Source of the DNA: Octopus sinensis
Lineage: Eukaryota
Length of the DNA stretch: 64,000 nucleotides
NCBI RefSeq assembly: GCF_006345805.1
Contig: NC_043021.1
Span: 21,824,001-21,888,000, forward strand
Reading direction: 5' to 3'
Positions 12,127-23,969 of this stretch are shown here, piece after piece. The position numbers and the translations under genes were made by a program. Positions within the stretch are counted from its first letter, which is position 1; every line of letters begins with the position of its first letter. The notes under the pieces are model-generated. The model was given only the letters and a program-made list of their open reading frames with translations. It was not told the origin of the DNA and did not search any database.

Positions 12127-12960
12127 TAAAAAATAAAAATGTATAGACGTTAGGGTTATCTTGAAGGTGTGAAAAAAAGATAATTGTCCAAGACTCTAAG
12201 CAGTGTGATCAACCCCATGATATCAAGATTGTAAAGGTAACTTCTTAACTATTCCATCAAACTACATTCACAACACACACACACACAGACACACAGACAC
12301 ACAGACACACACACACACATGTGCCCAAAATCACATCAAAGGTGATCAATATTTCTTTGATCGTATCATATCGCAGAGATCCCTAGGGCTTGCTCTCACA
12401 GATTCTTCTGTATTATTTAAGCTGGTGAGATAAATGTACGGCAGCTAAGATTGGCAGTAAAGATGTACAGCATCTATCTGTTTTCTTGCTGGCAAGAAAT
12501 AGACCAGCTGAGACAAGTTAAGATTTAACAGTATTATGTCTGTCCATAATCTTGTTAGAACACCTGCACAACATTAAAATTTCCTCTCTCTCTCTCTCTC
12601 TCATACTAATATACACAAACACAAGCAATAAATTAATTATTGGTGATTATATATAAATGTCATTAAATATATATATATGTATAATTATTGTTTAATGTAC
12701 ACAGCATAGAGTTATGAGCTACTGATAGTTTCATACACTGGAGTTATTATCTAGGCAGGTTTTCAACAAGCCTAGTATATCCATGTAAATTTTAGGCCCT
12801 GAGCTCATGACCTATACAAATTACTAATTAGGACAACAGAACAAATGAAATCACAATGAAAAATGAGATGAAGGTGGGTTTGTTCAGATTTGTATCAATA
12901 TTTATCTTTCACCTGAGTACTTTTTGTTCATTTTTACCTTACTATGAAAGTAAACTATAT

Positions 12961-13187
12961 GCGAGCTGGCAGAAACGTTAGCATGCCGGGCAAAATGCGT
13001 GGCCATATTTCGTCTGCCGTTACGTTCTGAGTTCGAATTCCGCCGAGGTCGACTTTGCCTTTCATCCTTTCGGGGTCGATAAATTAAGCACCAGTTGCAC
13101 ACTGGGGTTGATGTAATCGACAAAATCCATTTGTCTGTCCTTGTTTGTCCTCTCTGTGCTTAGCCCCTTGTGGGTAGTAAAGAAATA
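12961..13187 (+). mobile_element. S2 SINE
   Basis: GCGAGCTGGCAGAAACGTTAG..GTGGGTAGTAAAGAAATA. Confidence 0.9.
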
Positions 13188-13447
13188 TATATACATATAT
13201 ATATGTTAAGTAAGATATAAGTTAGAGGTTATGCAACCATCTAAGGGATAGATGTATCCGTAGGTATTTCTGGTATATTACCTCAGTATGTATAGGCCTC
13301 ATTATAAGGTATACCGTTGTAGGTAATTTAAAGGTAAAACAATGGTTTAATATGTTTAGAGACGATAAGAAATGGAGTGATAATTAACAATGAGAAGTGG
13401 ATAATTGGTGTTTTAAAGTCATAGTTTAATTTAATTAGGAGATTGAT

Positions 13448-13925
13448 TACAGCTGTTTCAATTTATCAAAATGGGTTAAATTTGCATTTACCTCTTTTAC
13501 TCTTTTACTTGTTTCAGTCATTTGACTGCGGCCATGCTGGAGCACCACCTTTATTCAAGCAAATTGCCTCCGGGACTTATTCTTTGTAAGCCCAGTACTT
13601 ATCCTATCGGTCGCTTTTGCCGAACCGCTAAGTGACGGGGACGTAAACACACCAGCATCGGTTGTCAAGCAATGCTAGAGGGACAAACACAGATACACAA
13701 ACATACACACACATATATATATATATATATACATATATACGACGGGCTTCTTTCAGTTTCCGTCTACCAAATCCACTTACAAGGCATTGGTCAGCCCGAG
13801 GCTTATAGCAGAAGACACTTGCCTAAGGTGCCACGCAGTGGGACTGAACCCGGAACCATGTGGTTGGTAAGCAAGCTACTTACCACACAGCCACTCCTGC
13901 GCCTACATTTAATAAACATCTTCAG
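13448..13925 (-). ncRNA. Hammerhead motif split by an S1 insertion (probably dead)
   Basis: CTGAAGA at 13925-13919, GAAACAGCTGTA at 13459-13448; helix II rejoins when the SINE and one CATTTA copy are removed; helix I does not pair. Confidence 0.55.
13491..13905 (-). mobile_element. S1 SINE with CATTTA target duplication
   Basis: Full S1; CATTTA at 13485-13490 and 13906-13911. Confidence 0.9.
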
Positions 13926-14459
13926 GACGATTATATGGAAAAAGAAGGCAAAGACAAAGAGAAAGAAAAGGAGTTTGTTGAAGCAATAGTCTTACATTTT
14001 AGTGACTTGTATATTTCCACGTGTTAGTAAATACCTTCCTTCGATATTTATGGTGGTGAGTGGGGACATTTCCTTCTCTTTATCTTTCTGCTTTGACTAC
14101 ATCCTTTTTGTCTGTTGTGGCCATGCAAGGCAGTAGTAGATCCCCAGGATACCAAAATGTGTGTTGTGGTTCAAACTGGCCAGGTACAGCCTTTTACCTG
14201 CTTTGTCTTTCTGAAAAATAAAAAAAAACATATGATTGAAATCTCAAAGCTATGAGATGATTCATAATTAATTTAAAGCACTGTGAATGAATAAGCATTG
14301 CATTTGATACAATAATCTGAATCCTAAGAAGTTCCATACTGATGATGATGATATATGACATGCATGTATATATATGTGTGTGTGTGTGAGTATACATTCG
14401 TATAAATATGTGTGTGTATGTATGTGTGTGTGTGTGTGTGTGGAAGTAAGTATATACGC

Positions 14460-14865
14460 TTTTACTCTTTTACTTGTTTCAGTCATTTGACTGCGGCCAT
14501 GCTGGAGCACCGCCTTTAGTCGAGCAACTCGACCCCGGGACTTATTCTTTTGTAAGCCCAGTACTTATCCTATCAGTCTCTTTTTGCCGAACCGCTAAGT
14601 GATGGGGACGTAAACACACCAGCATCGGTTGTCAAGCAATGCTAGGGGGACAAACACACACACACACATACACATACACACATACATATATATATACATA
14701 TATACAACAGGCTTCTTTCAGTTTCCGTCTACCAAATCCACTCACAAGGCATTGGTCGGCCCGGGGCTATAGCAGAAGACACTTGCCCAAGGTGCCACGC
14801 AGTGGGACTGAACACAGAACCATGTGGTTGGTTAGCAAGCTACTTACCAGCCACTCCTGTGCCTA
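14460..14865 (-). mobile_element. S1 SINE
   Basis: Full S1 head and tail. Confidence 0.9.
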
Positions 14866-14884
14866 TATATATATATATATATAT

Positions 14885-15160
14885 AATTAAAATTTAAAAC
14901 GAAGGTGAAAATTGAATATTAATTTGATTAACTTGAATTTGAAACCAGTGGTCTAGCATATCAAAATCTAAAGGTTCAGAAAATTATATTACATACATAT
15001 AAGAGGGATGACCACAACGTGGACAACCCTTATGCTAGAAGTAGATCCACTATGGTCTTACCACTAAGAAATGTTCTCAAGAAATTCAGCGAATGCCAAA
15101 ACATAGCAGATCTACTTCTAGCATAAGGGTTGTCCACGTTGTGGTCATCCCTCTTTTATG
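14885..15160. mobile_element. Family F (putative Penelope-like pLTR) with a perfect 47-bp inverted repeat
   Basis: Matches 24500-25000 and 40846-40930; arms 15001-15047 and 15109-15155. Confidence 0.55.
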
Positions 15161-15162
15161 TG

Positions 15163-15196
<34 letters not shown>

Positions 15197-15633
15197 ATAT
15201 ATTTGTATATCTTTTATTTTTTATGTTTTACATATTTCAGTCTTTAGAATGTGGCCATGCTGGGGCACCACCTTCAGGTTATTAGTCAAATGTATTGACC
15301 CCAGGTTTTTTTTTTTTTTTTTAAGCTAGGTACTTATTCCATTGGTCTCTTTTGCTGAACTGCTAAGTTATATAAGTTTTTGTTAAAAAATATTTGATAT
15401 AGTCAAAATATTTGAAGAGAAATTTTCTTTGAATGAAAGTTTTAGATTTTAGCCATAAAATTCTTAAAAGTACAGAATGACTTGAAACTTTTGGAACGAA
15501 GTTTTCATATTGTGTGTAAGCACTTTGGTTGCTAATTTTTGTCACATGTTATGGGGTAATCCTATAATATGTATATAGCAGACATACGTATATAAAGTAC
15601 ACATACACACACGTTTGTTTTTGTATATGTGTG

Positions 15634-15680
<47 letters not shown>

Positions 15681-15728
15681 TATGTGTGTGTGTGTGTGTA
15701 TATATGTTTGTGTGTGTGTGTATATATA

Positions 15729-15782
<54 letters not shown>

Positions 15783-16027
15783 AACATTTATAATACAAGA
15801 TGGAATTAACAGGCAAATCTCATCAATCATTTCTGTGCATTAGCATGAAGCTTTAGAATATAAGTTATAAGGTTATTACCTAAATTGCACAAAAAAAATA
15901 TCTATTTATCTATATATGTGTGTGTGTGTGTGTGCGTGTGTTCTTCGTTTTTGCATTTGGTTTGGAGGTTTCTTTATGTGAATTTGTGTGTCGATAATAT
16001 TGGCATGATAACTCCCCAGACACAACA

Positions 16028-16059
<32 letters not shown>

Positions 16060-16217
16060 TTGTGTGTGTGTTTGTGTGTGTGTGTTTGTGTGTTTGTGTG
16101 TGTGTGTTTGTGTGTGTGTGTGGTGTGTTTTCTTTTGTTTCTCTTTTCAATTTAGCGTAAGTTTTTGACTGGCCAGCCTACTTGGGAGCAGGGTTGCAAA
16201 AGAATGCATCTCCTTTT

Positions 16218-16480
16218 TCACCAACATCCTTTAAATATTAAGGTCCTGCAGATTTTTATAGTCTCAAATATCACGATCCATTGTCGCATATGAATTAAGG
16301 ATTTGCTTTCTCTCCCCAACGTCCCAAGTTCAGCCATACTTTGCTCCAATAGGTCGGTATATATCCTGTTGCTCCAATAATAGATATGAAGCTGAAAGCG
16401 TATCTTGGGTACTGGATTTGCAAATCCATAGATGTCCTCTTTCTTTTCAATTTTTCTAACCACATTTTTTGTCCATATGT
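16218..16480 (-). pseudogene. Frameshifted C-terminus of an RLE-endonuclease non-LTR retrotransposon ORF (R4/Dong/NeSL-like)
   Basis: Joining two frames gives NVVRKIEKKEDIYG/DLQIQYPRYAFSFISIIGATGYIPT/LEQSMAELG..ESKSLIHMRQWIVIFETIKICRTL, resembling the K..KY..L....PIIxGAxGxIP..TVKIC end of such ORFs (from memory). Confidence 0.65.
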
Positions 16481-16849
16481 GTATGTATGAGGAGGGGGGA
16501 AGAAAGTGTCTTGGTCCTGTTCTAGGAGGACAATGTCTTGCTCCAATGTCTGCTTTAGCACCATTTCTGTGGCTGTTTGTTGTCTGCAATGCCAACCACT
16601 TTACAGAGTGTACTGGGTGCATTTCACAAGGCACCAGCACTAGTGAGGTCCTGAAATAGCTCACAAGATAATATCCCTCAAGTGGATAAATTGTTGTGTC
16701 GAAGGCTGTGAAAGTATGATAGAGGCACAAGAACAGGTGTTTTCTTGCAGATGAGATAGAGGACTTCCCTAACTGGTGGGGAGGGGGGAGAAAGAGAGAT
16801 GGTGGGTATGTATCATCTATATCCTCAAATGTGTAATATTAATATATAT

Positions 16850-16965
16850 TTGTGGGTGTGCATATATATATATATTATTACAACACACACACACACACAT
16901 AGATATATATATATATATACATATGTACATATATATATATATTATATATATATATATATTATATA

Positions 16966-16998
<33 letters not shown>

Positions 16999-17274
16999 GA
17001 CATACACACATATTTACATGCATTTGTATATATGTATATTTATATGTATGTACATACACATACTATATACATGTGTGTATATACATATGTATATATGCAA
17101 ATGTGTATATATATGCACATACATTTTCATATACATAAATATGTACGTAAATACATATATACATATATAAATGTATGTGTGTGTGTACATATATTTTCAC
17201 ATACTTATATATGCATCTTCGTCCTTTTACATTCGCATATGCATGTATGTATGTGTATATATATATATATATAT

Positions 17275-17341
<67 letters not shown>

Positions 17342-17747
17342 ATACACACACACATATATATGCACATGCATGCATATATATATACACACACACTTATATA
17401 TATATATCACACACATATATATGCACGCACATACATATATATATATACACACGCACACACCTTTATATGCACACACATACTTAACCATACTAAATTACAA
17501 TCTGTAGTTTTCTCTTGTTTTGAATGCCATTTTCTGTTCCTGTTGACACATACACACACGCACACACATGCACACGTATGTGCACATATGTGCACACTTA
17601 TGCACATATATACAATACATGCAACCATACGTACACACCACACACACACACACAGATATATATATATATATATTATATAATATATTATATATAATATATA
17701 TATATATTATATATATATTATATATATATATATAATGTATATATATG

Positions 17748-17783
<36 letters not shown>

Positions 17784-17805
17784 TTATATATGATATATAT
17801 ATATA

Positions 17806-17851
<46 letters not shown>

Positions 17852-17901
17852 GTATATATATATATTATATATAATGTATATAATGTATATATATATATAT
17901 A

Positions 17902-17947
<46 letters not shown>

Positions 17948-18000
17948 TATGTATATATATATACATATATATATATTATATGTGGTGTGTGCACACATAT
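16850..18000. repeat. Compound (TA)n/(CA)n/(TATG)n field
   Basis: Visible directly. Confidence 0.9.
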
Positions 18001-18292
18001 GCATACATAGACACCTCCTGTTCTTCCCTTGCTAGCGCTAATCTCTTTTTCCACTGAATCACATCACAGTCAAACTAAAGACACTTGAAAATTTAATAAA
18101 AAAACCACAACAACAATTCTCTTTGATGTTTCCTTCTTGTTATCACTCTTTCTGTTTTAAGTAGAAAATCTCCGAGGATGAATAGAAAACAATAAGAAAA
18201 AAAACAAAACAAGAAAAGAATAATAATAATAATAATAATAATAAAGATAACGAACAACTGTAAAAATATATAATATATTCCAAGACAATGCT

Positions 18293-18327
<35 letters not shown>

Positions 18328-18376
18328 TGATGATGAAGATGATAAGAAGAAGAAGAATAACAACAATGATGATGAA

Positions 18377-18414
<38 letters not shown>

Positions 18415-18463
18415 TGATGAAGATGATAAGAAGAAGAAGAAGAATAACAACAATGATGATGAA

Positions 18464-18518
<55 letters not shown>

Positions 18519-19311
18519 TTAATCTAATAACAATAAGCTGATTTTTGAATGCTATTTGGGGAAAATATAATAAAGACCAAAACGTGTTAAGAAAATAAAC
18601 AACAACAAAGACTCTTGTTTATCTGAAATTTCTTTTTACTTTTTTCTTTTGTTTAACCTCCCTCCTTACATTCTTTGAAAATAACCGAAAATCATTTTCC
18701 TATTATTTATTTAACCGCCTTACATTCTTTTGGAATCTGTGCTCTAGTTTTATTGTCATGTTCAAGAACAAGTAAATCAAAACATTAATAATGATAATAG
18801 TAATAATAATGATGATGATGATAATAATAATAATACTAGTTGGAGTAATAAGTAATCCAATTTAACTCATTCTTGACAAAGGGCTACCTGCTTGAAATGT
18901 TAACTCGTATTTTTACCTTGCGGTGTATTACACAAAAGTTGTACTTTTCATCTCCTGCATTTTTTTTTTTAATTAAAATTTTGTATGTATGTATTAATAG
19001 TGATACTGATTTCTAACTAAGTAGAATGCCATTCTTTAGGGGATAATATTTCCGTGGTACTTTATTTTATTAAAGAGAACCCAAGAGAGATGAGATTGAG
19101 TCCCTCAATGAAGCTTGAACCCAAAACATAAACTCTACTAGCTACAAACCTTTATTTTTACTTCTTTTGTTACTACTTCTCTGTCTTTGACAAAGGGCTT
19201 CCTGCTCGAAATATTGACACATTATTTTTTCCCATATGGTATAATATACAAAATTCAGTTTTTTTATAGCAAAATATTGCATGTTTGTTGTAGTAGTAGT
19301 GACAATAATTA

Positions 19312-19525
19312 ACCTTTCTACTCTAGGTACAAAGCCTGACATTTTTGGGGAGGAGGCTAGTCGATTACATCAACCCCAATGCATAACTGGTACTTATTTC
19401 ATTGACTCCAAAAGGATGAAAGGCAAAGTCGACTTCAGTGGAAATTGAACTCAGAATGTGAAAATGGGTGAAATGCTGCTAAGCATTTTTACTGGTGTGC
19501 TAACAGTTCTGCCAGCTCACCACCT
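19312..19525 (-). mobile_element. S2-related SINE
   Basis: Reverse complement of GAGCTGGCAGAA..TTCTGAGTTCAAT..CTTTGCCTTTCATCC..AAGTACCAG. Confidence 0.75.
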
Positions 19526-19602
19526 CAATAATAATAATAATGATAATCCTTTTTGCTTTAGGCACAAGGCCTGAAATATGATGGGAGGGGAGGGGTTAGT
19601 CA

Positions 19603-19635
<33 letters not shown>

Positions 19636-20030
19636 CCTACATGCAAATGTATATATATACGTACACATATATATGATGTTTGTAAGCAAATCAGATAGGA
19701 TTTGTAAGTTACAGAGAGAACACTACTATTCAAGACTCGTAGAATAATAATAATTGTATTATAATATATCATAATAATATATATTCTCTGATTTGAAGTG
19801 ACAATCTTTAAATACAAATGGCCAAAAAATGATAAGCTAACCCCAACCAGAATCAAACCCACAAATCAACACTAACATGGCTCCTTGCACATTCGATTTG
19901 GCCAAATGCTCACCCATCAACTTCAGCCAAATTTAACGAATATATACTTTAACTGTCTAATACTATATTTGTTTGTATCTAAAATTTGTCACTTCAAATT
20001 AGGGAATATATATTATTATAATACATTACG

Positions 20031-20335
20031 TGGAGGCGCAATGGCCCAGTGGTTAGGGCAGCGGACTCGCAGTCATAGGATCATGGTTTCGATTCCTAGA
20101 CTAGCCATCGTGAGTGTTTATTGAGCGAAAACACCTAAAGCTCCACGTGGCTCTGGCAGGGGGTGGTGGCAATCCTTACTGTACTCTTTTGCCGCAACTT
20201 TCTCTCACTCTTTCTTCTGTTGGCCTGCTCGCTTAGCCAGTGGGGTGGCATCATTTAAAAGCTAAAACAATGCGAAATGCATTGTGACCAGCGATGTGTA
20301 GCAACATTTGATAGCCTGGTTGGTCACGGTGACGG
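20031..20335 (+). mobile_element. S3 tRNA-headed SINE
   Basis: GGAGGCGCAATGGCCCAGTGGTTAGGGCAGCGGACTCGC..GTTTCGATTCC; same body as 51011. Confidence 0.85.
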
Positions 20336-20690
20336 TGATAATACATTACAGTATTATTATATTATTATAATACATATACAGTTATTATTATACTATGAGC
20401 CTTCCATAGTAGCTTTCTCTCTGTAACTTGCAAAGACTTTCTGGTTTGTTTACAAATATTATATGTTGTATTAGACAGATATACATTCATTAGATTTGGC
20501 TGAAATTGTTGGTTGAGCATTTGGCCCAATCAGATGCACAAGGAGTCCTGTTAGCATTGATTTGTGGGTTCGATTCTGGCTGAGGTTAGCTCATCATTTT
20601 CCAGAGAATATATATTATTATGATGTATTATCATACATTTATGTAATATATATGTATACACCCCATATACTTACATGCAGATGTATATAC

Positions 20691-21082
20691 ATAGGCACAG
20701 GAGTGGCTGTGTGGTAAGTAGCTTGCTTAACCAACCACATGGCTCTGGGTTCAGTCCCACTGCATAGCACGTTGGGCAAGTGTCTTTTACTATAGCCTCA
20801 GGCTGACCAGAGACTTGTGAGTGGATTTGGTAGATGGAAACTGAAAGAAGCCTGTTGCATATATGTATATATATATGTGTGTGCGTTTGTGTGTCTGTGT
20901 TTGCCCACCCCCAACATCGCTTGACAACCGATGCTGGTGTGTTTACATCCCCGTAACTTAGCAGTTCAGCAAAAGAACTGATAGAGTAAGTACTAGGCTT
21001 ACAAAGAATAAGTCTTGGGGTCAGTTTGCTCCACTAAAGGCGGTGCTCCAGCATGGCCGCAGTCAAACGACTGAAACAAGAG
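20691..21082 (+). mobile_element. S1 SINE
   Basis: Full S1 head and tail. Confidence 0.9.
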
Positions 21083-21275
21083 CATACATGCAAACACAGA
21101 CATTGCCACGTGGTACCCAAGTTGGCCTTGCAGGCATACATTTCCAGGTTCATTCCTACTGCTCAGCACCTTGGACAGGTTTTTCTACTCCCCACAATCC
21201 CTCCTTGAATATTATCACATTGATTTCTAACATCAGCGTAAAAATCACACATTTCAGGCCAGTGATGGCTGGGTG

Positions 21276-21497
21276 CAGTGGTTTTCAACCGGGGTTCCGC
21301 GGAACCTTAGGGTTCCGCCAGTACAGTCCAGGGGTTCCGCAAGAAGTTACAAAACTGTTAAAATCAGCAGTAATTTTTAATTCTCCTGTGCAGATATGTG
21401 TGCATAAAATTATTAAATTATTGCCCCGGGGTATTTCTCGAGCCAGTGGAATGTTTCCTTGGGGTTCCACTCCAGCAAAAAAGGTTGAAAAGCACTG
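21276..21497. mobile_element. hAT-type MITE
   Basis: TIRs CAGTGGTTTTCAACC / GGTTGAAAAGCACTG; same family as 48809-49009. Confidence 0.8.
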
Positions 21498-22268
21498 GTT
21501 TTTCTACTCTCCACAATCCCTCCTTGAATATCATCACATTGATTTCTAACATCAGCATAAAAATCACACAGTGGTGGCTGGGTGGAATAAACATGACCGA
21601 AATAATTAACATGTTCGTTATTTCATCGCCACCCCCCACGACCACCGCTCCTTCACCTTCATCAATCCTTGGCATAATTCAAACACTACCGACTTATATT
21701 AACTTTGCCATTAACTTTTGCATTCTTTTCCATCCATCTCAATGACGATACGCTGATGTGGTCGTATATGCAAATTCCTGTTTATCTTGTATCAAACTGT
21801 ATCGTATGAATGATGGTCTTTGGGTGATTGTCTCTTCTGGAGATACACCAATGATATCCATCCAATTGGCTTGATATCTTGACACAAACACCTATCAACA
21901 TAATAACAAAATAGATTGACGAGATATTTAACGACTTCTTCCAATTCACACATTCTCAACTTCTTTTGTTGTCTTTTTTTTTTTTACTTTCTTTCTTGTT
22001 AATTAATGTTTCCTATCCATACATGCCATTCTCAACCTAGATGTTATCAGCCTCCTTAAATCTCCCCGCATATATTTCCTCACGATACATTAACATAATC
22101 ATGAGTATGGAGGTATGGCTATAGATGCCAGCATTGACGGCTGTGTGGTTAACAAGCTTACTTTGCAACCACTGGGTTTTGTGTTCAGTTCCACCCTGCA
22201 GTACCTTGAGCAAGTGTTTTCTATGGCAACTTCAGGGTGACCAATGCCTTATGAGGGAATTTAGTATA

Positions 22269-22891
22269 TCGTTATATATAAAAGTGAAGTTGTGTGGTGT
22301 CTGTTTCCTACGATTTAGATTCCTAACTACTCCCACATTTTGCGGTGCAGTGTAACCAAAACCGGGTATCTTATAGTTGTGATTCATATCTATTTCTTTA
22401 CTACCCACAAGGGGCTAAACACAGAGGGGACAAACAAGGACAGACAAACGGATTAAGCCGATTATATCGACCCCAGTGCCTAACTGGTACTTATTTAATC
22501 GACCCCGAAAGGATGAAAGGCAAAGTCGACCTTGGCAGAATTTGAACTCAGAATGTAGCAGCAGACGAAATACCACTAAGCATTTCGCCCGGTGTGCTAA
22601 CGTTTCTGCCATATTGAGCCCTTCTGGGTATTAGCGCACGTCTACGATGAGTCTATGATTTAAAAAAAATTTACCATCATTTTTTTCCATTTTAATGCAT
22701 TTTTTCGCTATAAAAAAAGGGAAGTAACTCTCTAAAAATGTCTACGATGAGTCAACGATTTAAAAAAAAATTTACCATAATTTTTTTTCCATTTTTAATG
22801 CATTTTTTGCTATTTTTTGGCTATAACTCTCTAAAAATGCTTTATAGTTATTTCCCTTACAAACCCGAGCAATGCCGGGCAATACTGCTAG
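22269..22891 (+). mobile_element. Helitron family A, interrupted by S2
   Basis: A|TCGTTATATATAAAAG start; CCCGAGCAATGCCGGG hairpin; CTAG 22888-22891. Confidence 0.8.
22391..22610 (-). mobile_element. S2 SINE nested in the Helitron
   Basis: 5'-truncated S2; host sequence resumes at ATATTGAGCCC. Confidence 0.85.
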
Positions 22892-23110
22892 TCTATTATA
22901 TAAAATTTGTTCTGTCTGTGTGTGTCTTCTAGGATCTCAGGCATCCTCCATCCGATTGCGCTCAAATTTGATATGTAGATACTGACAGTATCAGGGCATG
23001 TATAAATCTTGAAAAAATTACAAAAATCGATTCCAGGTGAGAATGCGATCGATAATGCCGTGGGAATGTGCATTTGTATCCTCAAGTGCATCAGCTGTTG
23101 CACACGCAAG
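22892..23110 (+). mobile_element. Second Helitron-like 5' end (family C)
   Basis: TCTATTATATAAAATTTGTTCTGTCTGTGTGTGTC directly after the CTAG of family A; same TC-TATA-microsatellite layout; 3' end not found. Confidence 0.5.
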
Positions 23111-23457
23111 AAAAATGCATGTACAGTTTGCGCAAAAAAAGCTGGCTGGCTTGTAATAATGCCACAAAATGCAGTATATTTAAGAGACTGAAAAAGTAAG
23201 ATGCCAAAGAGATATTTTCTTGAAACTTGGCATGAAGGAAGGAAAGACTACTTGGTTTATCATGAAGTTTTGTTTTTTTTTGCCTTAACTTCGTTTAACA
23301 AAACCAAAAATTTTATTGAAATAAAGGCATGCTTAATTATTTTTTAATGAAAAAAACACTGATTGCTTTTATTCAGCAGATATGATTCAGCACTGTCCAT
23401 TGGACGGGGTGGGGTGGGGTCGTTTTGCTCGTATATATATATATATATATATATCAT

Positions 23458-23648
23458 CGTCATCATCATCATCGTTTAACGTCCGTTTTCCATGCTAGCA
23501 TGGGTTGGACGGTTCAACTGGGGTCTGGGAAGCCAGAAACTGTGCCAGGCCCAGTCTGATCTGGCAGTGTTTCTACAGCTGGATGCCCTTCCTAATGCCA
23601 ACCACTCCGAGAGTGTAGTGGGTGCTTTTTACGTGCCACCGGCACTGG
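23458..23648 (-). mobile_element. S4 SINE
   Basis: Reverse complement of the 745-985 element. Confidence 0.8.
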
Positions 23649-23699
23649 TATCTCAGCTACAATTTCCATTGATGTTGAAAGATTTTGATTTTGATTTTG

Positions 23700-23736
<37 letters not shown>

Positions 23737-23746
<10 letters not shown>

Positions 23747-23964
23747 AGAAAAAGAAAATGGGAATTGGGAAGTTAATAATTGTTCATTATTAACAGCAAA
23801 TTAATCATCATTCCTTACAGCTGTTTCAATCAATACTCAGTAAGTATTAAATCTATATGACCTGAGTATAATATCTTCAGAGGGAAAAAAGGTACTCTTG
23901 GAGGTTTTATGTGTTTGGGGATTATTAACTTCCCAATCTCCATTTTCTTTTTCTTCTTTTATAT
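23737..23964. mobile_element. 228-bp mini-element with 44-bp terminal inverted repeats enclosing a hammerhead
   Basis: Arms 23737-23780 and 23921-23964 (2 mismatches). Confidence 0.7.
23810..23886 (-). ncRNA. Type I hammerhead ribozyme motif
   Basis: TTCCCT-CTGAAGA (23880-23874); helix II with TACTCAG/CTGAGTA; GAAA; palindromic helix III ACAGCTGT; GTA triplet ending at 23816; then AGGAAT. Confidence 0.8.
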
Positions 23965-23969
23965 GAATA

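Noticed and set aside
12714-12808. Hammerhead-like GAAACTATCAGTA with a perfect 6-bp helix I (ATGAGC/GCTCAT) on -
   Set aside because: The CTGANGA half is unrecognisable (TCAGGGC). It may be a decayed copy, but I cannot support it.
20031-20105. S3/S3b heads as tRNA genes
   Set aside because: They have A/B boxes but no closed acceptor stem, and they run into a SINE body.
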